Positions 34,871 to 43,851 of a DNA stretch of 64,000 bases are shown piece after piece. Source of the DNA: Gemmatimonadales bacterium (GTDB lineage: Bacteria > Gemmatimonadota > Gemmatimonadetes > Gemmatimonadales > GWC2-71-9); the NCBI GenBank assembly GCA_039934355.1, contig JBDTMI010000001.1:931-64930 (forward strand), written 5' to 3'. Both the position numbers and the translations under genes were made by a program. The notes below the pieces were generated by a model, which was given only the letters and a program-made list of their open reading frames with translations, was not told where the DNA came from and did not search any database. Numbering within the stretch: the stretch's first letter is position 1; every line of letters begins with the position of its first letter.

Positions 34871-37642
34871 CTAGAAGGCGATTTCCATCCCCAGCCGGAA
34901 CAGCCGCGGCGGCCCGAAGGCGAACAGCGGCTGCGTAAAATCCCGGGCGGCCGCAAGATAGAGCGGTCGCAGTTCACCGGCCCCATCGACATATCCGTTG
35001 CCGTCCAGATCCGCCCACGGGCGATACCGCGGCGACTCAAAGGGGATGGGCGACGGGTTCGCGCTGAGCGCGGAATCCGCCAGCGCCTGAATGCCCGCCT
35101 CCGTCAGCACCGGCGTCCCGGTATCCCGCCGCACCGACACCACGTTTCTCCGATTCAGCAGATTCCGCGCATCGACGTACACGATGCCCCTGACCGCGCC
35201 CAGACGAATCGGGCGACGCACCAGCATGTCGAGCGTGGAGGTCCCGGGCAGCCGTCCATCGTTGGGCAGGCCCACGATGGAATCGCCCGCGGCGTTGGTG
35301 AACGTGAACGGCAGGCCCGAGGCCACCCGGAAGATCACCGTCCCCTCGATGGCGGCGAACGGCCGCACGCCGAGGACGCGAGGCCCGGCGGTGGCAGGCA
35401 CCGCGCCGCTCACGATGGCGGTGAGGGTGTGTCGGCGGTCATAATCGAGCGGGAATTCGACCTTGGAGGGAAAGAGGGTATCGCCGCTCACCGGGTCGAT
35501 GGTGAACGAGCGTCGGATGAAAAAGGCGCTGCTGGAGTTGGCGGTCGCCTCCTGCAGCGAATAGCTGACCCGCACGGCCCAGTTGTTCTGGAATTCCCGC
35601 TCCACGATCACCTCTGCGCCCTTCACCGACCCGGCATCGACATTACCAAAAATGCTGGAGTCGGGGTCCACGCTGAGCGGGACCGAGGCGACCAACCCGT
35701 CCAGTCGTCGGATATAGACGTTGCCGCGCACGCTCACGAACGGGACCGGCCGGATCCGCAGGCTGAACTCGTACTGGGTGGACGACTCGAAGCCGAGACC
35801 GGGATTGCCCTGCCGGGAGCGGCCGGTGCGGGTCGTATCGTCGAAGGCGGCATCGACCAGGTACTGGTAGTCTGGAGCCTGGGAAAACTTCCCGATGCTG
35901 GCGATGAACGTCGCACCCTTGAGGACGGTACTCACCGCGAAGCGTGGACTCAGTGACCGCTTGGCCTGCGCCGCCTTCCCCGGCAGCTCAGCGCGACCGC
36001 TGAATTGGTCGTACCGCAGGCCCAGCGTAATGGCGAGATCGGTGCTTCGGGCCTGCACCTCGGAATAGATGGCGCCTGACCAGGGCGAAAAATTCGCCGC
36101 GGTCGCCGCCGGGACGGTGTCGCCGGTGGGCAGGTAGCCGAGCACGCGCTGAAAGGTGCGCACGCCCTGGCCGGAGTATTCGCCGCCGAAATAGAAATCG
36201 GTGTTCCGGCCCGCCGGCACGCTCAGGTCGAGCCGAGTGCGCACTTCACGAAAGCGGTTCCATGCGAGATCGCCGCGGGGGCCGCGACCCAGGAAGAAGG
36301 CCGGGACCCCCCAGGGCGTCTGGTCGCTGAACGTCGGTGCAAGGAGGCCCGCGATCGGGGCACGGGCCCCCGCCGTATCCTGGGCCCGCGCGATTTCCTC
36401 GCCGACGATGCCGATCTTCTTGCCGGTGAAGGCACCGAACTGGTAGTCCGGCAGGCTCGACGGGGCTCCGCGGGTGAATTCCCGCGAGAAGTATCCTACC
36501 CGCAGGTCGGCAATGATATCCGGGCCGGCGAAAACCTTTTGCAGGTGAGTATTGAGCAGGTTGCCGCTCGACCGTCGCACGGGGGCGAGGTCGAGGTCGT
36601 ACTTGTAGGCCGGATCGTAGAGCAGTCGCTGGTCGGCGGAATGGAGGGCCAGGATCCGGAGGGTCTGCTGGCTGCCCAGGGGAATGGTGAGCTTGGCGGC
36701 GAGATCGGCCTGCTCACCGCTATTGTGCGGCAGGAGCCATGGGGCATCATGCCGGGGATCGCGTGGGTTCGCCGGCCGGGGCGCGTTGATCGGATCGGCG
36801 TCCAGCTTGCCGGAGAGGTCGGCGACGGCAAGGAAACGGATTTTCGCCGGTAACGGTCCTTCGACCGAGACCACGCCCCGATCGAGACCGTAGTCGCCGC
36901 CGTTGCCGAGGGGCCGGTCGGTCTCATAGGAGAGCCGTCCGGCCCAGCGGTCGCCGCCGTCGCGGGTGGCCAGGTTGACCAGCGCCGACACCGCCTGACC
37001 GTAGCGGGCGGAGAATCCATTGGTCACGAGGGACGCTTCGGCGAGGAGAGCAGGGGGCACGCGGACCCCGAGCGAGCCGGTGGAGGCGTCCAGCTGGTTC
37101 TTGAGGCCGAGCCCGTCCACGATGAACGCCTGCTGGCCGAGTCGCCCGCCGCGATAGCTCTCGCCGACCGCACCAGCCGAGAGGGCGATAGCCTCCTCCA
37201 CCGAGGAGACCGGCAGCCGGCGCAACTCTTCCGCGGTGAATCGCTGCTGGTCGGCGACCGCGAGGGGATCGAGCACCGAATCCACCCGGTCGGCGATGAC
37301 CTCGATCGGCGCCAGGCCGATCGGATCGGCTTGCAGCGGCAGATCGAGCAGGGTCGTCTGCCCCGCGCGGACCAGGACGCTGTCGCGCGACAGCGGCCGA
37401 TAGCTGATGGCCGCAGCGGCGACGCTGTGCCAGCCGGCGGTCACCTCGCGCAGCCGATATTCGCCCTGGGCGCTGGTGGTGACAGGATATCGGCCGCCAT
37501 CCACGGTCACTCGCGCGCCGGCGAGCGGTGTCCCGCCGGGGCCCGCGGCTCGCACGACACCGGCGACGGTACCGACGGCCTGTGCGGCGAGAGGTGCACC
37601 CGTGAGCAGCAGTAGCAGGAGGCCTGCCCAGGGCGTCCTCAT
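34871..37642 (-). CDS. TonB-dependent receptor with an N-terminal carboxypeptidase-regulatory-like domain
   Basis: Track ORF of 923 aa with a signal peptide. CarboxypepD_reg-like segment (GVVRAAGPGG...GEYRLREVTAGWHSV). Plug region (VSSVEEAIALSAGAV...FIVDGL). C-terminal ...LGMEIAF. Confidence 0.85.
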   Translation of the reverse strand: MRTPWAGLLLLLLTGAPLAAQAVGTVAGVVRAAGPGGTPLAGARVTVDGGRYPVTTSAQGEYRLREVTAGWHSVAAAAISYRPLSRDSVLVRAGQTTLLDLPLQADPIGLAPIEVIADRVDSVLDPLAVADQQRFTAEELRRLPVSSVEEAIALSAGAVGESYRGGRLGQQAFIVDGLGLKNQLDASTGSLGVRVPPALLAEASLVTNGFSARYGQAVSALVNLATRDGGDRWAGRLSYETDRPLGNGGDYGLDRGVVSVEGPLPAKIRFLAVADLSGKLDADPINAPRPANPRDPRHDAPWLLPHNSGEQADLAAKLTIPLGSQQTLRILALHSADQRLLYDPAYKYDLDLAPVRRSSGNLLNTHLQKVFAGPDIIADLRVGYFSREFTRGAPSSLPDYQFGAFTGKKIGIVGEEIARAQDTAGARAPIAGLLAPTFSDQTPWGVPAFFLGRGPRGDLAWNRFREVRTRLDLSVPAGRNTDFYFGGEYSGQGVRTFQRVLGYLPTGDTVPAATAANFSPWSGAIYSEVQARSTDLAITLGLRYDQFSGRAELPGKAAQAKRSLSPRFAVSTVLKGATFIASIGKFSQAPDYQYLVDAAFDDTTRTGRSRQGNPGLGFESSTQYEFSLRIRPVPFVSVRGNVYIRRLDGLVASVPLSVDPDSSIFGNVDAGSVKGAEVIVEREFQNNWAVRVSYSLQEATANSSSAFFIRRSFTIDPVSGDTLFPSKVEFPLDYDRRHTLTAIVSGAVPATAGPRVLGVRPFAAIEGTVIFRVASGLPFTFTNAAGDSIVGLPNDGRLPGTSTLDMLVRRPIRLGAVRGIVYVDARNLLNRRNVVSVRRDTGTPVLTEAGIQALADSALSANPSPIPFESPRYRPWADLDGNGYVDGAGELRPLYLAAARDFTQPLFAFGPPRLFRLGMEIAF

Positions 37643-37643
37643 C

Positions 37644-38738
37644 TCACTCCTCGAAGAGCCAGAGGTCAGCCCGCCTGCTCGTCACGGTGTCAGCGCCGAC
37701 AACGGCACCGCTGGAATCGAGGATGGGTGTCACGACATACGGAAAGCCCTCTGCCACCATCCGACTGCCGTCAGGCGAAAGCGCTGGTCGCCGGTAGAGC
37801 CGGTCACCATCGGGCACGACGGTTTCCGCACCATTCTGCAGATCAACCAACACGAGGTGACCGCCGCGATCCACCTGTCCCAGTCCCTGCAGCGGGAAGT
37901 CTCTGAGTCCCGGCTGGCCCCCAACGATGGCGGCGAGGCGCTGGCCAACCACGGAGGGGTCTCGGGCAATTCCCGCGGCGCCGAAATCGTGCACCAGCGT
38001 CTCCAGGCCGGTGGAGAGATCCTGGCGCAGCACCCGGGTGTCTCCGGTGATGGTGTAGTAGATACTCGTGCCATCGGGACTGGCGCTCACGGCGCTGGCG
38101 CCCGACGTCCCGGCGACGAAGTCGAGTGTCGGTACCGGGGCGGTGAGATTCAGCAACGTCACCTGGTCGCCAAGCCACACGGTGTCGGGGAAACTTGTGC
38201 CGAAGGATGCACCGAGGTAGAGCAACACACCGGGGCGCAGCCACTGCAGGAAGAGCGGCATATCGTGGGGGTGGCCGGCGGTGGTCGCGTAGGGAAACCG
38301 GAGCAGCAGTCGCACCGGAGCGTCGGGGACCGGCACCGCGGCCAGGATGGAATGACGGGGGGAGGAGTGCTCGACGACACCGAGTTCCGAGCGGCTCCAT
38401 GCGAGCAGGTCCGGACCCGGGGCCGGCCTCTCGAGCAATTCGCTGGTATCGTTGACCCCGAGGGCCGGGCACTGCACTGCGGTTCGTGTCCCACCGGTGG
38501 AGGGCATCGTCACGATGCATGCGTCGTGGTCGCTGCGAGCGGAGTCGTGGGCAGAGTAGTACAGCCGCCGGCCATCGAAGCTCCAGGCGGGGGAGGCATC
38601 GGTCGCGATATTGTAAGTCAGTCGGATCGGCTGGCTGGCGGTGAAGGGAGTGTCAGCGCGCGGCTCATGATGCGCGAGAGGCTCCTGGTGCGCGCAGCCC
38701 ACCGCCATCGCCACCGCGACCGCGCTCCGGATCCTCAC
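37644..38738 (-). CDS. TolB-like beta-propeller lipoprotein
   Basis: GTG at 38738 ((M)RIRSAVAVAMAVGC lipobox) overlaps the upstream stop as GTGA. Repeated SPDG/WSFDGRRLYY-type propeller blades. It ends 1 nt before the receptor start. Confidence 0.65.
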   Translation of the reverse strand: MRIRSAVAVAMAVGCAHQEPLAHHEPRADTPFTASQPIRLTYNIATDASPAWSFDGRRLYYSAHDSARSDHDACIVTMPSTGGTRTAVQCPALGVNDTSELLERPAPGPDLLAWSRSELGVVEHSSPRHSILAAVPVPDAPVRLLLRFPYATTAGHPHDMPLFLQWLRPGVLLYLGASFGTSFPDTVWLGDQVTLLNLTAPVPTLDFVAGTSGASAVSASPDGTSIYYTITGDTRVLRQDLSTGLETLVHDFGAAGIARDPSVVGQRLAAIVGGQPGLRDFPLQGLGQVDRGGHLVLVDLQNGAETVVPDGDRLYRRPALSPDGSRMVAEGFPYVVTPILDSSGAVVGADTVTSRRADLWLFEE

Positions 38739-38962
38739 GGGGACTCGAAGAGGTAAATGTCCGGGAGCAGGGGGCCGCGGGTATCGGCAATCGCCTCCGG
38801 GGCGATCCGACTTCCCTTCGCCGCCAGCCGGGGGGAGAGCGGCGTAACGATGCTCGCATCCTCGGCCGATCCGGGTGCCGGGTGCGCGCAGCCGGTGAGA
38901 ACGAGAAGGCCAACGCACCACAATCGCGCCAGTGCTGGCACAGGGCGGGAGCGTATTCGCAC
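38735..38962 (-). CDS. Small (75 aa) predicted lipoprotein
   Basis: GTG at 38962 in track ORF 38735..39277: (M)RIRSRPVPALARLWCVGLLVLTGC... with an LTGC lipobox. The remainder of the track ORF upstream is Arg/Pro-rich noise. Confidence 0.4.
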   Translation of the reverse strand: MRIRSRPVPALARLWCVGLLVLTGCAHPAPGSAEDASIVTPLSPRLAAKGSRIAPEAIADTRGPLLPDIYLFESP

Positions 38963-39254
38963 GTGAATCCGGGTAGGCGGGAGGAGTGTTGGGCCGCTCG
39001 GCAGTGCGGCCTGACACACGGTAGCCTCGGTGACGACCGCGCCGCAATGCCGCCACACAACTGGGGAACGGGAGCGCGCTTCTGGGACGACCAATCCCAC
39101 AACCGGACACCGCGGCGCAGGGGCGAGCCGGGTCACGCCGTTCAACTCCGTACGTGTCAACGGCTTCAGGCTTGAGCGCCACGCGCGGGGCAGGCATGCT
39201 TCTTTCCTTGTCAACGGCGCGAGACCTGAGGCACCCAGATCATCCGAGGACGTC

Positions 39255-40499
39255 GTGGATATAGCCCGTGAGCCCAAACCGAAGGGTCGGCGCTTCCTCT
39301 ATATGGGGGGCGGCCTGGTCGCGTTGGTTCTGGCGACGGTCGCGATTTCGCGCCTGCGACCTGCGGCCCCGTCGGTGGAGCGCGGCACGCTCTGGATGGA
39401 CACGGTGGTCACCGGAGCGATGACACGCGAAGTGCGCGGCCCTGGCACGCTGGTGCCGGAGCAGGTCCGGTGGGTGTCCGCGGTGACGGCCGGACGGGTG
39501 GAGCGGAAGCTGGTGCAGCCCGGTGTGCGGGTGACGGCGAGCACCATCCTGCTCGAACTGAGCAATCCCGACGTGCAGATCCAGCTGCTCCAGGCCGAGC
39601 GCCAGCTCACTGACGCGCAGGCCCAGGTTGTTTCGCTCAAGACCTCGCTGGAGACGCAACGCCTGACGCAGTCGAGCCTCGTCGCCCAGATCCGCACCGA
39701 ATATCGCGATGCGATCCGCCGCGCGGCGGCCGATTCCGAGCTCGCCGCCGAGGACCTCATTTCCCGCGGCGACTACGATCGCTCCAAAGACAAGGCGACG
39801 GAGCTGATCGAGCGGCTGCAGCTGGAGCAGCAGCGCCTCACCCTCTACACCGAAAACATCCACTCGCAGCTGGAGGTCCAGGAGGCGCAGGTGGGACGGC
39901 TCCGCGCGGTGGCGGACTTCCAGCGCAATCTGGTCGACGCGATGGTGGTCCGCGCCGGTGCCGATGGGGTGCTCCAGGAGTTGCCGCTCGAGGTCGGACA
40001 GTGGGCCACGTCGGGCGTGACGCTGGCGAAGGTGGTCCAGCCGGAAAAGCTCAAGGCCGTCCTTCGTATCCCCGAGACGCAGGCCAAGGATCTCAGCCTT
40101 GGGCAGGCGGCCTCGGTCGATACCCGGAACGGCCTCGCCGCCGGCCATGTCATGCGGATCGATCCCGCTTCCCAGAATGGCACAGTGACGGTGGATATCG
40201 CCCTTGAGGGCGCGCTGCCGAAGGGCGCCCGCCCCGACCTGAGTGTGGATGGGACCATCGAGATCGAGCGTCTGGGCGAGGTGATCTCGATGGGCCGCCC
40301 GGCCTACGGTCAGGCCAACAGTGCGGTTGGCATTTTCCGAATGGTGCCCGGCACCGATGAGGCTGAGCGGGTGCGGGTCGATCTGGGCCGCAGCTCGGTC
40401 AACCGGATCGAGGTGGTTCGGGGACTCAAGCCGGGCGACGTGGTCATCCTTTCCGACATGAGCCGGTGGGACGCGGTGGAGCGGGTCCGGGTCCGGTGA
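39255..40499 (+). CDS. HlyD/MacA-type periplasmic adaptor (membrane fusion protein)
   Basis: GTG at 39255 ((M)DIAREPKPKGRRFLYMGGGLVALVLATVAI). It has a lipoyl-like segment, a long coiled-coil hairpin (QLLQAERQLTDAQAQV...EQQRLTLY) and beta-barrel segments. Confidence 0.85.
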   Translation: MDIAREPKPKGRRFLYMGGGLVALVLATVAISRLRPAAPSVERGTLWMDTVVTGAMTREVRGPGTLVPEQVRWVSAVTAGRVERKLVQPGVRVTASTILLELSNPDVQIQLLQAERQLTDAQAQVVSLKTSLETQRLTQSSLVAQIRTEYRDAIRRAAADSELAAEDLISRGDYDRSKDKATELIERLQLEQQRLTLYTENIHSQLEVQEAQVGRLRAVADFQRNLVDAMVVRAGADGVLQELPLEVGQWATSGVTLAKVVQPEKLKAVLRIPETQAKDLSLGQAASVDTRNGLAAGHVMRIDPASQNGTVTVDIALEGALPKGARPDLSVDGTIEIERLGEVISMGRPAYGQANSAVGIFRMVPGTDEAERVRVDLGRSSVNRIEVVRGLKPGDVVILSDMSRWDAVERVRVR

Positions 40500-40514
40500 G
40501 GCACGACCGGCGCG
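40499..40514 (+). promoter_or_regulatory. Candidate sigma-54 promoter upstream of the ATPase/permease array
   Basis: AGGCACG-ACCG-GCGCG. The -24 GGCACG is perfect and the -12 GC sits at the correct spacing (GG 40500-01, GC 40512-13), but TT is replaced by GC. It lies about 85 nt upstream of ATG 40597. Confidence 0.3.
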
Positions 40515-40596
40515 AACGCATTCCCCCGTCACGGCTCAACGTGTTTCCTGACGTTTCTCGTGCAGCAGCGATCCCGCATTCCTCCAGAGAGATCCC

Positions 40597-41307
40597 ATGA
40601 CGACGAACGGTTCGGCGCTGATCCGACTTGAAGGCCTCAAGAAGGTCTTCCTCACCGAGGAAGTGGAGACCCACGCCCTCGAGGAGATTCACCTGGAAAT
40701 CAAGCGGGGCGAGTACGTCGCGATCGCCGGGCCCTCCGGTTGTGGCAAGACCACGCTCCTCTCCCTGCTCGGCCTGCTCGACACGCCGACCAGCGGGCAG
40801 TACTGGCTTGACGGCAAACCGGTGGCCCAGCTCTCCGCGGCGGAGCGCGCCCGGATCAGGAACAAGGAGATCGGCTTCATCTTCCAGGCCTTCAACCTGA
40901 TCGGCGACCTGACGGTCTACGAGAATGTCGAGCTGCCGCTCACCTATCGCGGGCTTGGTGCGGCGGACCGGAAGCAGCGGGTGATGAACGCGCTCGAACG
41001 CGTCGGCATGGCGCACCGGGTGAAGCACTATCCGGCCCAGCTCTCCGGCGGTCAGCAGCAGCGCGTCGCGGTGGCACGCGCCGTCGCGGGAGAGCCGCTG
41101 ATCCTCCTCGCCGACGAACCGACCGGCAACCTCGATTCCACCAACGGCGAAGCCGTGATGGACCTGCTGCAGCAACTGCACCAGGCGGGGGCGACCGTGT
41201 GCATGGTGACCCACGATCCCCGCTACGCGCGCAATGCACAGCGCGCCATTCACCTGTTCGACGGCCGGGTCGTGGAAGATCGTTCGCTGGAGCTCGCGGG
41301 CGCCTGA
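40597..41307 (+). CDS. ABC transporter ATP-binding protein (MacB/LolD-type NBD), copy 1
   Basis: Walker A GPSGCGKTTLL, Q-loop FIFQAF, signature LSGGQQQRVAVARA, Walker B/D-loop [13 protein letters not shown]-loop VTHD. Confidence 0.9.
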   Translation: MTTNGSALIRLEGLKKVFLTEEVETHALEEIHLEIKRGEYVAIAGPSGCGKTTLLSLLGLLDTPTSGQYWLDGKPVAQLSAAERARIRNKEIGFIFQAFNLIGDLTVYENVELPLTYRGLGAADRKQRVMNALERVGMAHRVKHYPAQLSGGQQQRVAVARAVAGEPLILLADEPTGNLDSTNGEAVMDLLQQLHQAGATVCMVTHDPRYARNAQRAIHLFDGRVVEDRSLELAGA

Positions 41308-41337
41308 GTTTCGCATCATCTCCCCGAGGCCACCCGT

Positions 41338-43797
41338 ATGCGAGTGTTCCTTGCCGACCTGCGCCACGCCCTTCGCACGCTGACCCACAGTCCCGGGTAC
41401 GCGAGCGTCGCCATTCTCTCGCTGGCCCTGGGGGTTGCGGGCACGGCGACGGTGTTCACCGTGGTCAACGCGCTCCTGTTCAAGCCGCTGCCGGTCGGGG
41501 AGCCGGCGCGTACGGTGAGTCTCTACACCAGCGACTACAGCGGCCCGCTCTTCGGCACCTCGAGCTACCCTGACCTCCTCGCGTTCCGTCAGGGCATCCC
41601 CGCGCTGGATCACATCGTCGGCATGGGGCTTCAGCAGACCAGCCTGACGATCGGCGCCGAGCCGGTCCGGGTCACGCTAGCCATGGTCTCGGAGGATCAT
41701 TTCAGCGGTCTGGGCATTCCGCTCGCGCTGGGGCGCGGGTTTTCGGTCGAGGAGAACCAGATCGGTGGCGCGGTCACCGTCGTGGTGCTCAGTCATGCGC
41801 TCTGGACCTCGCGATTCCACCGGCGGCCGGAGGTCGTGGGCCAGGCGGCCCTGGTCGGCGGCCGGCCCTTCACCGTCATCGGCGTCGCCCGGCCGGGCTT
41901 TAGCGGCTTGATGCGCGGGCTGGGTTTGGATGGATGGGTGCCACTCGCCGCCGCCCCACTGCTGCGCGCCGACCCGAGCCTGCTCACCAACCGGGGCGAC
42001 CGGGGCCTGATGGTCATCGGGCACCTCGCGCCCGGCGCCACGCTGGCCCAGGCGCGAGCGCAGGCGGACGGGCTGTCCCGTCAGCTCCACGCGGACTTTG
42101 CCGGCGCCTGGACCGATCGGCAGGACCACGGGCGGACGATCACCCTCCTGCCGGAGGGCGAGAGCCGGCTCTTTCCTGGCGCGCGCGGCCCGGTGCTCGG
42201 GGTCAGCGCCCTCCTGTTCCTCGTGGTGCTCGCGGTCCTGCTGATCGCCTGCGGCAACGTGGCCAGCCTCTTCCTGGCCCGCGCGATGGCCCGCCAGCGC
42301 GAGGTCGCGGTCCGTCTGGCGCTGGGCGCGAGTCGCGGCCGCGTGGTGCGTCAGCTGGTGACTGAAAGCGTCGTGCTCGCCACGCTCGGCGGCGTGTTAG
42401 GCGGCATGCTCTCGTTCTGGCTGGCCGGGCTCCTCCTCTCCGCCCACCTGCCAATTCCGGTCACCCTCGCGCTCAATCTCGCCCCCGATCTCCGGGTGCT
42501 CGGCTTCGCCCTGCTGCTGTCGATCGTGACCGGCCTGCTGGTCGGTCTCGCGCCGGCGCTGCAGGCGTCGCGGCCCGAGCTGCTCTCCGCGCTCAAGGAC
42601 AATACCGGCGGGTCGCTCTCCCCCCGCTCGCGCCTGCGCGGCGGCTTCGTCATTGGGCAGGCGGCGCTTTCCATCCTGCTGCTCGTCATGGCCGGCCTGT
42701 TTCTCCGTAGCCTGCAGCGCGCCTCGTCGATCGACCTGGGGTTCGGCGCGCGAAATGGTCTGGTGCTGGCGACCGACCTGGGACTCGCCGCGTATGACGA
42801 GGCCCGGGTGCAGCGCTTCCAGCACGAGCTCCTGCACCGGTCCCGCACCCTGCCCGGTGTAACGGCGGCGGGTCTCACCGGTGAGCTGCCGCTCTCGCTT
42901 TTCGGCAACCGCTCCGGACTGACCATCGAAGGATACGTGCCACAGGACCGGGAGAATCTGGAGGTCGGTCGGGGGGCGATCAGCCCCGGGTATCTCGAGG
43001 CGCTTGAGCTCCCGGTGCTCCGCGGTCGGGCGTTCACGGATCAGGATCGGACCGACGCGCCCCTGGTCGCGCTGGTCAGCGAGGCCTTTGCGCGACGATA
43101 CTGGCCCGGGCTGGATCCCATCGGCCATCGAGTAAGCACGAGCGGCGAGGAGGGTCCCTGGCGAGAGGTCGTGGGCGTCGTGCACGACGCAAAGTATTCC
43201 ACGCTGGGCGAAGAGCTCATGCCCTACTTCTATCTGCCGGTCGCCCAGATCAACGTGGAGCGCACGTCGCTGCTGCTGCGCACCCATGGCGTTCCGGCGG
43301 CGCTTATCGCGAGCGTGCGAGCGCTGGTCCACGATCTCGATCCTGCGTTGCCGGTCGAAGCGATCGGCACCTTCCAGGACCATCTCTCCTTCGCGCTGCT
43401 TCCGGCCCGGGCCGGCGGTCTGGCCCTCGGGGCCTTCGGGCTGCTCGGGCTGCTGCTGGCGAGTCTCGGCGTCTACGGCGTGGTCGCCTACGGCGTCGCG
43501 CAGCGGCGCCGGGAGATCGGGATTCGGATCGCCCTCGGCGCGAAGGGGGGAGCGGTGGTGCGCATGATGGTCCGCGACGGCCTGCGCCTGGTGTCGATCG
43601 GGCTGGGAATCGGGTTGCTGCTCGCGGGTGTCTCTGGCTTCCTCGTTCGCGGCCTGCTGTACGGTCTCACGCCGCTGGACCCGGTGGCGTTCATAGCGGG
43701 ACCTCTCGTGTTTGGACTTGTCGCGTTGGGCGCCAGCTACCTGCCGGCCCGGCGCGCCACCCGGATCGACCCAATGGCGGCGCTCCGCGCGGAATAG
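41338..43797 (+). CDS. ADOP-family duplicated FtsX/MacB-type permease, copy 1
   Basis: 819 aa. N-terminus MRVFLADLRHALRTLTHSPGYASVAILSLALGVAG. Two 4-TM FtsX halves, each preceded by a large periplasmic domain. C-terminus YLPARRATRIDPMAALRAE. Confidence 0.9.
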   Translation: MRVFLADLRHALRTLTHSPGYASVAILSLALGVAGTATVFTVVNALLFKPLPVGEPARTVSLYTSDYSGPLFGTSSYPDLLAFRQGIPALDHIVGMGLQQTSLTIGAEPVRVTLAMVSEDHFSGLGIPLALGRGFSVEENQIGGAVTVVVLSHALWTSRFHRRPEVVGQAALVGGRPFTVIGVARPGFSGLMRGLGLDGWVPLAAAPLLRADPSLLTNRGDRGLMVIGHLAPGATLAQARAQADGLSRQLHADFAGAWTDRQDHGRTITLLPEGESRLFPGARGPVLGVSALLFLVVLAVLLIACGNVASLFLARAMARQREVAVRLALGASRGRVVRQLVTESVVLATLGGVLGGMLSFWLAGLLLSAHLPIPVTLALNLAPDLRVLGFALLLSIVTGLLVGLAPALQASRPELLSALKDNTGGSLSPRSRLRGGFVIGQAALSILLLVMAGLFLRSLQRASSIDLGFGARNGLVLATDLGLAAYDEARVQRFQHELLHRSRTLPGVTAAGLTGELPLSLFGNRSGLTIEGYVPQDRENLEVGRGAISPGYLEALELPVLRGRAFTDQDRTDAPLVALVSEAFARRYWPGLDPIGHRVSTSGEEGPWREVVGVVHDAKYSTLGEELMPYFYLPVAQINVERTSLLLRTHGVPAALIASVRALVHDLDPALPVEAIGTFQDHLSFALLPARAGGLALGAFGLLGLLLASLGVYGVVAYGVAQRRREIGIRIALGAKGGAVVRMMVRDGLRLVSIGLGIGLLLAGVSGFLVRGLLYGLTPLDPVAFIAGPLVFGLVALGASYLPARRATRIDPMAALRAE

Positions 43798-43851
43798 CAG
43801 TCGAAGTAGTCGGGTTGGCGCTGCTCCGTCCTCACTCTTCGGGGAGACACC

